From an uncultured Oscillospiraceae bacterium (GTDB lineage Bacteria; Bacillota; Clostridia; Christensenellales; CAG-138): DNA of 64,000 nucleotides. A program made the position numbers and the translations under genes. Shown piece by piece: positions 1-7,704 of this stretch. The stretch spans positions 23,107 to 87,106 of the forward strand of contig CAYTPV010000007.1 of assembly GCA_964440115.1 (NCBI GenBank), given 5' to 3'. How positions within the stretch are numbered: position 1 is the first letter of the stretch; each line of letters opens with the position of its first letter. The notes below the pieces were generated by a model. The model was not told the DNA's origin. It saw only the letters and a program-made list of their open reading frames with translations, and did not search any database.

Positions 1-1154
1 GTATCTGTATGTCTTCCTACAAGTGTGCGATTCAGGGGACGGCACACAAGCGTGTGCCCAAAAATGTTGCGGAACACCCCATCATAATAGGCCATGAGTT
101 CTCGGGGGATATCGTAGAAGTCGGCAGCAACCTGAAGTCGCAGTTCACACCGGGAATGAAATTTGCTTTGCAGCCCGCAATTAATTATAAAGGGAGCATG
201 GATTCTCCCGGATATTCGTTTGAATTCTTTGGCGGGGATGCAACTTATTGCATCATTAATACGCAGGCTATCGAAATGGGCTGTCTGTTTGAACATAAGG
301 GCAGATCCTATTATGAGGCCTCGCTTGCGGAACCGATGAGTTGCATCATAGGCGCTTTTCATGCCGCGTTTCATACGAAGAACGGCGTGTACCATCATGA
401 GATGGGCATACGTGAAGGCGGCACACTGGCTATACTTGCAGGTGCCGGTCCCATGGGATTGGGCGCGGTGGCATATGCGCTGCGATGTGATCGCAGGCCG
501 CGTCTTGTAGTGGTGACGGATCTGGATGAAGCTCGCCTGTCTAGAGCAGAGCATCTCTTCCCTCCTGATGAAATAAAGAAGGAAACAGGAATTGATTTAT
601 ACTTCATCAATACCTCTTTGCCCGAAAACGACACGCAATACCTTCGTACGATATCCGGAGGCGGATTTGATGACGCATTGGCCATGGCGCCCGTGCGCGC
701 CGTTATGGAGCAGGCAAGCGCCGTGCTTGGAAGGGACGGCTGCCTGAATTTCTTTGCCGGGCCGACGGATCACGCTTTCTCAGCCATGCTCAATTACTAT
801 GACGTGCACTACAACAGCACACATGTCATAGGAACTACCGGCGGCAATACGGAGGATATGCTCGAAAGCCTGCGCATGAGCGCGGCAGGATATTTGGACC
901 CCGCAGTCATGGTCACACATATTGGTGGGCTAAACAGCGTAATCGATACGACACTTAGGCTTCCCAGTATTCCGGGCGGGAAAAAGCTCATCTATACACA
1001 TGTGGAAATGCCTCTCACCGCGCTCACGGATTTGCGTGCGTGTGCCAAAGACGATGATCGGTTTGCGCAGCTGGCAGATATCGTAGAGAAGCATAAGGGG
1101 TTATGGTGCGCACAGGCGGAGGAATATTTGCTGTCGCATTGGGTACAAGAATAA
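1..1154 (+). CDS. sorE: L-sorbose-1-phosphate reductase-like zinc-binding dehydrogenase (5' truncated by window edge)
   Basis: GHEFSG zinc motif, GAGPMG NAD-binding loop, VMVTHIGGL...PGGKKLIY C-terminus typical of SorE. The frame is open to base 1 (..ICMSSYK), so the true start is upstream. Confidence 0.8.
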   Translation, partial: ICMSSYKCAIQGTAHKRVPKNVAEHPIIIGHEFSGDIVEVGSNLKSQFTPGMKFALQPAINYKGSMDSPGYSFEFFGGDATYCIINTQAIEMGCLFEHKGRSYYEASLAEPMSCIIGAFHAAFHTKNGVYHHEMGIREGGTLAILAGAGPMGLGAVAYALRCDRRPRLVVVTDLDEARLSRAEHLFPPDEIKKETGIDLYFINTSLPENDTQYLRTISGGGFDDALAMAPVRAVMEQASAVLGRDGCLNFFAGPTDHAFSAMLNYYDVHYNSTHVIGTTGGNTEDMLESLRMSAAGYLDPAVMVTHIGGLNSVIDTTLRLPSIPGGKKLIYTHVEMPLTALTDLRACAKDDDRFAQLADIVEKHKGLWCAQAEEYLLSHWVQE

Positions 1155-1184
1155 TCATAGACTCAAAATTTGGGAGGACAGACT

Positions 1185-1454
1185 ATGGTCACGAAACAAA
1201 CGACGATTATCAACCAAACAGGGTTGCATGCCCGGCCAGCATCAGAGTTTGTGTCAACTGCAACCAAATTCAAATCCAAAATCACAGTTAAGCGCGCTGG
1301 TTCCGATAAGGAAGCCAATGCGAAGTCCATCGTGTTTGTCCTTTCCTTAGGGTTGACGAGGGGTACGGCGGTGGAAATATCCGCTTCCGGCGAGGATGAA
1401 GCGCAGGCGGTGGATACATTGGTTGCCCTTATAGAGTCGGGTTTTGGTGAATAA
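1185..1454 (+). CDS. ptsH: HPr phosphocarrier protein
   Basis: TGLHARPA (His15) and NAKSIV (Ser46) motifs; GGAGG RBS before ATG at 1185. Confidence 0.9.
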   Translation: MVTKQTTIINQTGLHARPASEFVSTATKFKSKITVKRAGSDKEANAKSIVFVLSLGLTRGTAVEISASGEDEAQAVDTLVALIESGFGE

Positions 1455-1478
1455 CCAAATCAGATAATGATTACAAAC

Positions 1479-1504
1479 AAAAGGCGGCGATTTGCCGCCT
1501 TTTG
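1479..1504. terminator. Bidirectional intrinsic terminator
   Basis: aaaaggcggc-gattt-gccgcctttt hairpin right after ptsH. Confidence 0.8.
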
Positions 1505-1508
1505 CCTG

Positions 1509-1656
1509 TCGAAAAAGTGGAGTATCCACTTTTTCGAGTTCACTGCGTAAGTTGTCGCTCGGTTTCCTGCTTACGCAGGAAAGCTGCCACGTCAACTTAC
1601 GCTCTAAGGTGTCATTTTGCACCGCACATGTCGCTGCAAAGTGACATATTGAAAGC
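1509..1656. repeat. ~150-bp multi-hairpin dispersed repeat, copy 1
   Basis: Matches the reverse complement of 3847-3995 with 8 substitutions and 3 single-base indels by manual alignment; contains three hairpin modules. Confidence 0.9.
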
Positions 1657-1713
1657 CTCATATTGAACAAAACGTTGCACGGCATCAATATATATAGGTT
1701 TATAGATAAACTG

Positions 1714-1739
1714 AAAAGGCGGCATTTTGCCGCCTTTTG
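1714..1739. terminator. Bidirectional intrinsic terminator, near-identical to 1479-1504
   Basis: aaaaggcggc-atttt-gccgcctttt, downstream of the Rieske gene. Confidence 0.8.
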
Positions 1740-1756
1740 TGTCGTAGTCCAGATCA

Positions 1757-2737
1757 TTATACTTGAGTGTTCTGCTGCAGCTCATTCCTTATTTTACGAT
1801 ACATAAGAATGGGGCCGTCCCCAGGCAGGAGCTTTTCATTCCCTTTAAAGGAAGATGCCTTGGGTCGCTGCGTAATCACAACGCGCCGGTCCTGACGTTC
1901 AATGATATAGGCCATTATCCTGCTGAAAGAAGCGCTCAGCTTATTAATAAACCGAAGTCTGCTAACTTTGGAATAAACGAAAATATAAAGTATGGTGTTT
2001 TCATCATCCACAGGCGCGAAGAAAATCACCAGCTTATATTTGGGGGCGATATGATTGAGCCATACATTCGGGAAACGGAAAGTAAGAAAAGTATGGCCGT
2101 TAATCGAGCATTCTCCCGCTTTCCTGGGTTTCTGGCCGTTATCTTTATCGTTTGCGGCGCTGGTGCGCAGCAGGCCGCTTGAGAACTCCACAGCGGGGCC
2201 GTTAACCAGCGTTTTATTGCCGCGGCCGATGGTGTTGTGATGTACAAATGGAAGATGGACGACATCCAACTGGTTTTCAATGCTTCGAGAATAATGACTG
2301 TTCCAATGGTCGCTCATCATACTGCTGGAATAACCGTTATCCAGATACTCGTCAAAAAAGGGCAGCGGTTGGTGGATGTTCGGTTCGTTGTCGCCGTACC
2401 ACATATAGATCATTTCGTGCTCTTCCCGGACTGCATGGCTTTTTACATGGTAGCGGGAAAGATCCTCCGTGGATGCTTTACCGTTTGCAGGGATAAACCT
2501 GCAGCGGCCATCCGGAAGAAACTGAAGGCCGTGAAACGGGCATTGCAGGCAATCACCCACTATTTTGCCGCCGCTTAAAGCCGCGCCGCGGTGGGAACAC
2601 ATATCCTCAACACACCCAAGCTCGCCTGATTTGTTTCGAAACAATGCAAGCTGAACGCCAAGCCGTACAACGGATACGATTTTGCCCTTTTTAACTGAAC
2701 TGCATGGAAGTATTGCATACCATTGATTTTGAATCAT
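1757..2737 (-). CDS. Rieske [2Fe-2S] aromatic ring-hydroxylating oxygenase alpha subunit (VanA/KshA-like)
   Basis: CSHRG...CPFHG Rieske motif; ENQLDVVHLPFVH and ERQD mononuclear-iron ligands. Confidence 0.9.
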   Translation of the reverse strand: MIQNQWYAILPCSSVKKGKIVSVVRLGVQLALFRNKSGELGCVEDMCSHRGAALSGGKIVGDCLQCPFHGLQFLPDGRCRFIPANGKASTEDLSRYHVKSHAVREEHEMIYMWYGDNEPNIHQPLPFFDEYLDNGYSSSMMSDHWNSHYSRSIENQLDVVHLPFVHHNTIGRGNKTLVNGPAVEFSSGLLRTSAANDKDNGQKPRKAGECSINGHTFLTFRFPNVWLNHIAPKYKLVIFFAPVDDENTILYIFVYSKVSRLRFINKLSASFSRIMAYIIERQDRRVVITQRPKASSFKGNEKLLPGDGPILMYRKIRNELQQNTQV

Positions 2738-2830
2738 AGTGACACCCCATTTTTGCTGATATGCATATATACTGCAAAAATCGGCGGCTCAAACGAGATT
2801 GGTATTTCCGGTTTTATGCAAAGCTTTGGG

Positions 2831-3550
2831 TCAGGATTGATATTGAGTTAATGTTTCTGTATCCGGATCTGCAATGAGTATGCCTGTGGTACCGTCGACA
2901 ATCACGGTGTGGCCTGCTAGATCAGCAAGATCGCTTCCAATTTCAAATACAGCGGGTATTCTAAGCGCCCGTGCAAATATGGCAGCATGGGAAGTTTGCG
3001 AGCCGCCCGTGCATATAATCCCCAGCACAGAGTCGTGCCTGAAGCTGGCAACCTGACTTGGGAAAAAATCTGCAGCGGCGTAAATGGCTGGAGTATCGGA
3101 TAAGGCGGGGGAGGATTGCCTGCCGGACAATATTCTGATCAGACGATCGGATATATCGAGTATATCGGCAGCCCGGGCTTTCATGTATTCATCGTCCATT
3201 TCGGAAAATATGGCGGCGATATTTGCTGAAGCCTGATCGATGGCGTATTCGGCGCACAACCGATCGTTTTGGATGACGGTCAGCACATTCTCCCGGAATT
3301 CATCGTCTTCAAGCATCATTTTGTGCACGCTGAACAAAGCAGCGTTTTCTTTGCCAAGCGGTTCGGTTGAATGAAGCTCCAATTCTTCGAGCTCCTTCAT
3401 AGCCTGATCCACGGCATCTAAATAACGCTCCACTTCTGCATCGGGCGCAGTAATACTGCGCTTTAGTTCCGGTCTCTTACTGGGGATGAAAATGACATGG
3501 CCTATGGCAATGCCGGGACTGGCCGGTTTGCCAGTAAATTTGTTCATCAT
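2831..3550 (-). CDS. Stand-alone PTS enzyme I N-terminal phosphocarrier module (no PEP-binding C-domain)
   Basis: GKPASPGIAIG start, helical HPr-binding region, GSQTSHAAIFARALRIPAV phospho-His motif; ends at 239 aa. Confidence 0.85.
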   Translation of the reverse strand: MMNKFTGKPASPGIAIGHVIFIPSKRPELKRSITAPDAEVERYLDAVDQAMKELEELELHSTEPLGKENAALFSVHKMMLEDDEFRENVLTVIQNDRLCAEYAIDQASANIAAIFSEMDDEYMKARAADILDISDRLIRILSGRQSSPALSDTPAIYAAADFFPSQVASFRHDSVLGIICTGGSQTSHAAIFARALRIPAVFEIGSDLADLAGHTVIVDGTTGILIADPDTETLTQYQS

Positions 3551-3570
3551 AACCTCCTCCCTGAGGCAGC

Positions 3571-3828
3571 TTAGATGTTCTTATCGAGGTATTCTGCCAA
3601 TGCAATGTGCGCATCCTGTTCATCCGGGCCGCTGATGGATATGGCGAGCATGCTGCCGCCTTTTGTACCCAGTCCCATGACCTGAAAAAGCTTTTTTGCA
3701 TTGGCTGATTTTGCACCGCTTTGAAGGGTAATATCCGAGGCGTATTGTGAAGCGAGCTTAACCAGCAGCCCTGCGGGGCGTGCGTGCAGTCCAAGTTCGT
3801 CTTTGATTTCGTGCTCAAAAGTAATCAT
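3571..3828 (-). CDS. HPr-family phosphocarrier (second paralogue)
   Basis: LGLHARPAG His15 motif; Ser46 position reads NAKKLF. Confidence 0.9.
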   Translation of the reverse strand: MITFEHEIKDELGLHARPAGLLVKLASQYASDITLQSGAKSANAKKLFQVMGLGTKGGSMLAISISGPDEQDAHIALAEYLDKNI

Positions 3829-3846
3829 ACTTCGCGCTCCTGTTTA

Positions 3847-3995
3847 GCTTTCAATACGTCATTTTGCAGCGACATGTGCGGTGCAAAATGACACCTTAGA
3901 GCGCAAGTTGACGCGACAGCTTTCCTGCGTAAGCAGGAACCGAGCGGCAACTTGCGCGGTGAACTTCGAAAAAGTGGATACTTCCACTTTTTCGA
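3847..3995. repeat. ~150-bp multi-hairpin dispersed repeat, copy 2 (inverted relative to copy 1)
   Basis: Reverse complement of 1509-1656; sits between dhaM and the second HPr gene. Confidence 0.9.
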
Positions 3996-4000
3996 TACAG

Positions 4001-4025
4001 CGGCCCTGCCCTTAAGGCAGGGCCG
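4001..4025. terminator. GC-rich hairpin downstream of dhaM
   Basis: cggccctgcc-cttaa-ggcagggccg perfect 10-bp stem; no clear U-tract. Confidence 0.5.
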
Positions 4026-4060
4026 CGCGAGACCGTATACGGTCAGCCTTTGGTATTGAG

Positions 4061-4444
4061 TTACTTATCTAAATTGAATTCCTCCAACTGGGATAAAATT
4101 TCATCCAATCCCGCTCCTCCGGCGATAGAGACTGCGGCCAATACGCTGCCCTCCACCAGAGCGGCAGCAGAAACGTGAATTCTATGCTGGCTTTTTTCTT
4201 CCATTGCATCGATTGCGGTTTCGACTGTCAGCACGGAAGAACCCATATCAGCCAGAACGATGACATCGCCTTGATTCACAGCGGCAGTCAGCGCTTCAAC
4301 AATGCTGTCATAGTCCGATCCCAGCGTGCCCGCTTTGCTGCCGCCAATCGCATAGATATTGGCGCCTCCGCTGACTTCGCCAGCCAGTTCTTTCACGCCT
4401 TCCGCTATTTTTTTGCTGTGGGATACGATCACCAGCGAAACCAT
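4061..4444 (-). CDS. dhaM: PTS-dependent dihydroxyacetone kinase phosphotransferase subunit (EIIA-Man-like domain only)
   Basis: MVSLVIVSHS (His9), LADMGSS motif; follows dhaL. Confidence 0.9.
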   Translation of the reverse strand: MVSLVIVSHSKKIAEGVKELAGEVSGGANIYAIGGSKAGTLGSDYDSIVEALTAAVNQGDVIVLADMGSSVLTVETAIDAMEEKSQHRIHVSAAALVEGSVLAAVSIAGGAGLDEILSQLEEFNLDK

Positions 4445-4448
4445 GTAC

Positions 4449-5084
4449 TCATGCCCCCTTTACACTGGCGGCAAGGGTTTCGATCATCAGGCAGCTCGAC
4501 ATCGCGCCGGGGTCAATGTGCCCGATACTGCGTTCGCCCAAATAGGAGGCGCGGCCCTTTGTGGCCAGAGTATCCTTCGTTTTTTCGGCACATTCCCTTG
4601 CGAGCTTTGCAGCCTTTTCCAAAGACGAGGCGACGGATACCAATGCGTCCGCGTCTGCTTGTATGGATTGCTGTACGGGGATGAGTACATCCAGCATTGT
4701 CTTTTCACCATAATTCGCTTTGCCGCGCATCTGCACGCCCTCAATGCCGGTTTTCAAGAACAGGGCAAGATCTGAAAGCGTCAATTCGGCTTTACCCTTC
4801 GCAACGGCGGACCCTTTCAAAAACAGAGTGCCATACAGCGGGCCTGACGCGCCACCCACATTGGATATAAGAGCCATTGCGGTTGCCTTAAGCAATGCCT
4901 CGGCATCCGCGCTTTCGTCCTGTGCTATTTTGGCTTTTGCCGCTTCAAAGCCACGCGCCATATTGTGGCCATGATCGCCATCCCCAATGGCTGCGTCCAG
5001 ATCTGTCAGCTCCTGCTTATGCAGTTCGATTGTTGCGGCTATATCCAACAGAATGTGCCGAACCTCTTTCGATGTAATACTCAT
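4449..5084 (-). CDS. dhaL: Dihydroxyacetone kinase ADP-binding subunit
   Basis: LDAAIGDGDHG, GGASGPLYG, TKGRASYLGERSIGHIDPGA motifs; start set at 5084 after GGAG RBS. Confidence 0.95.
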   Translation of the reverse strand: MSITSKEVRHILLDIAATIELHKQELTDLDAAIGDGDHGHNMARGFEAAKAKIAQDESADAEALLKATAMALISNVGGASGPLYGTLFLKGSAVAKGKAELTLSDLALFLKTGIEGVQMRGKANYGEKTMLDVLIPVQQSIQADADALVSVASSLEKAAKLARECAEKTKDTLATKGRASYLGERSIGHIDPGAMSSCLMIETLAASVKGA

Positions 5085-5141
5085 GTCAGCATCTCCATTT
5101 TTCATTCCCCGTTTTTGGGTAAACAGTTAAGCGCCGATGAT

Positions 5142-6134
5142 TTATACTTTGTAGGCAATGGTGTTTGCCTTTGCATCATAATACGATTTCAATTCACCAT
5201 CCAGCTTGAGTATGGTGACCGACGCGCCCGCCATCTCAATGGAGGTCATATAGTTGCCTACATTGGTATGGTAAATCTTTATGCCCTTACCGGTCAGGAT
5301 TTCGTTCACCTTGCGGTTCATGATGAACAATTCCATCAAGGGCGTGCCGCCCAGACCATTGACCAGAACAGCGACCTCATCGCCGGATTTCAGCGGCATG
5401 TCTGAAAGTATTTTATCCACCAATTCCTCTGTAATTTCATCGGCGGAACGCATTTTTTCTTTGCGGATGCCCGGCTCGCCATGTATGCCCAACCCCATTT
5501 CCATTTCATCTTCATTGAGCGTAAAGTTGGGCTTCCCGGCCATGGGGACGGTGCAGGGCGTCAGTGCCATACCCATCGTGCGGATGTTGGCGATTACTTT
5601 CTCACCGATCGCCTGTACTTCCTCAAGGCTCTTGCCTGCTTCAGCTGCTGCGCCCGCGATTTTGTGCAGCAGTACAGTGCCCGCAATGCCGCGGCGGCCG
5701 ACTGTCCAGGTGCTGTTCATCACTGCTACGTCGTCGTTGATGACGACTTTTGCAACTTTGATACCTTCAGCTTCCGCCATTTCCATGGCCATTTCAAAGT
5801 TCATGACATCGCCGGTGTAGTTTTTGATTACAAGCAGCACGCCAGCGTCTGTTTGTACTGCCTTAATTGCCTCAAATACCTGATCGGGGGTGGGGGAGGT
5901 GAATACAGCACCGCACACGGCCGCATCAAGCATACCTTCTCCGACAAATCCGGCGTGAGCGGGTTCATGGCCGCTGCCGCCGCCGCTGACCAGAGCCACC
6001 TTTCCTTTCTTTTTGTTGCTGCGTACCATGACTTCCAGACCGTTCAGCCTCTTGAGATACTGGGGATAGGCCAGCGCCAGACCGTTCAGCATTTCTTCAA
6101 CGACATTTTCAGGACTGTTGATAAGTTTTTTCAT
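5142..6134 (-). CDS. dhaK: Dihydroxyacetone kinase substrate-binding subunit
   Basis: GGGSGHEPAH, KNYTGD, GLGIHGEPG motifs. Confidence 0.95.
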   Translation of the reverse strand: MKKLINSPENVVEEMLNGLALAYPQYLKRLNGLEVMVRSNKKKGKVALVSGGGSGHEPAHAGFVGEGMLDAAVCGAVFTSPTPDQVFEAIKAVQTDAGVLLVIKNYTGDVMNFEMAMEMAEAEGIKVAKVVINDDVAVMNSTWTVGRRGIAGTVLLHKIAGAAAEAGKSLEEVQAIGEKVIANIRTMGMALTPCTVPMAGKPNFTLNEDEMEMGLGIHGEPGIRKEKMRSADEITEELVDKILSDMPLKSGDEVAVLVNGLGGTPLMELFIMNRKVNEILTGKGIKIYHTNVGNYMTSIEMAGASVTILKLDGELKSYYDAKANTIAYKV

Positions 6135-6196
6135 ACAGTTACTCCTTTCATTTTATGGGCCGTATGGTTATGCACACAGCAAGTGTAAAATCAAAT

Positions 6197-6266
6197 AAAA
6201 AAAGACCGCATCCAATATGCCCTATTTCAAGGCAAGTCAGATTGCGACTCTACACTCTCGTCAATC
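6197..6266 (-). promoter_or_regulatory. Putative leader terminator/antiterminator of the dha operon
   Basis: Imperfect long hairpin plus U-tract in the ~180-nt dhaK leader, with an overlapping alternative bulged hairpin at 6240-6266. Confidence 0.45.
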
Positions 6267-6322
6267 AAATATGCAATTAGATCATATTACAAGGTAATAA
6301 TATGTGGTATATATTTGATTTC

Positions 6323-6351
6323 AGTATACATTGTGGAAATTTCCGTGTCAA
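6323..6351 (-). promoter_or_regulatory. sigmaA promoter of dhaKLM
   Basis: TTGACA-17 bp-TATACT on the minus strand with TG extension; a perfect GGAAATTTCC palindrome lies in the spacer. Confidence 0.75.
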
Positions 6352-6489
6352 TTGCATATGCAAATTTTACTAATATACCATTCACATAACCCAAAAACGA
6401 TGCGGACATATAAAATACCTCTTTCCCAAAGCTTTGCGCTTAAGAGAAAGAGGTATAATTCGCTTTTTTACCAGATAATCCGGTTAAAC

Positions 6490-6621
<132 letters not shown>

Positions 6622-7034
6622 TCAATAAGCAGAGCTTCGTATTTTTTCACAAATAGTTATCATACCAGAACAATAACTAATTGCTTACTAAAATAGAGTT
6701 TATCATACTTGAACATGAAAGTACATCACTAGTAAAACTTCCTTAGGTCTCATATAATTTCGATACATCTTAAGCATCATTTTAAAATCATCCACAACAT
6801 TATTAGGCGAAACAATCTATAAATCAGTACCGAATCGGAGTAGCCAAGCATAGAATTGCTGACTCAAAATAACGGGTCCCACAATTGCACAAAACCTTTT
6901 TTCTCTGTTAACTAGGGTAGCCAGTAGGGAAGATGTTGCACTTAAAATTGCGCAAGAATAATTGAACAGACAATAATGTTTGGGACATAGCGGTTCGTTT
7001 TATTGCGTTAGTCAGCATATTAAATTAATTCCAC

Positions 7035-7085
7035 TGCCGGAAGTGGGACTCGAACCCACACGGTTCGCTACCAACGGATTTTGAG
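7035..7085 (-). pseudogene. tRNA-Leu(CAA) 3' half (att-like fragment)
   Basis: The minus strand reads CT-CAA-AA anticodon loop, long variable arm ggt-agcga-acc, gtggg-TTCGAGT-cccac T-arm and acceptor 3' strand ttccggc-a. The 5' half and CCA are absent. Confidence 0.85.
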
Positions 7086-7192
7086 AGGGTGAAAAGTGTT
7101 GGAATGGTTAGGAACGGTATGCATTGGAATGCCTTAAAATGGGGCGTTTTAGTCACCTTTGGAAAGCACCTACGATAGCTACTAAGCTATTT

Positions 7193-7225
7193 CGGTGGAA
7201 CATTCGGTAGAACTCGCGGTAGAAC
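7193..7225 (+). repeat. Three 9-bp direct repeats CGGT(G/A)GAAC with 12-bp period
   Basis: Copies start at 7193, 7205 and 7217, ~110 bp from the tRNA fragment. Confidence 0.8.
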
Positions 7226-7704
7226 ATAACACGGCTTAGCATCCAGTATGCAATTATTACTATCGTTTTATTTTGGTGAGAGAAAGGCCGACGGGTCTTT
7301 AGATAAGAAACCAACTAAAACGCCGATAAATTGTGGCGTTTTGCCGCTAGACTCTTATAGTATTGTCGCTTAGCAGCATCAAAGTGGGTTTTGGGAACCA
7401 CATTACGTCGTCCAGTTATCACTTTTTGATAAATTTCATAGAGAGCCGGGTATTCGTATGATAACTTATTACAATAAAGGACAAAAGAATAAGAACAATT
7501 ACGAATTCAAAGTTATGTGGTGTAGAATCTATAACCAAGGGTGAGTTCAAGTGTTGTAATGAATGTGAATCTGAGTGGACTTCACTAAACGATGTTGCAG
7601 TTTAAAAACTAGCAACCCATGATAAGTTTGGGAATCGTAGCATAATAGGATGGGCTTTGGTCGGTTACATACACCTTCTTCCTCAATCCGCTATTATATT
7701 TAGG

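Noticed and set aside
3915-3945. ctgcgtaagcagg as a BglG/LicT RAT site
   Set aside because: Only the GNRA upper stem matches; the flanking RAT consensus and an overlapping terminator are missing.
7035-7085. Functional tRNA-Leu gene
   Set aside because: No acceptor 5' strand or D-arm; it is a fragment only.
7270-7345. Possible c-di-GMP-I riboswitch near the c-di-GMP cargo
   Set aside because: gaaag and gggtct pieces are present but the GGCAAA and GCAAAGC core elements are absent.
7458-7610. Short Cys-containing frames left of tetR
   Set aside because: No consistent start or RBS and interrupted frames; cannot be assigned.
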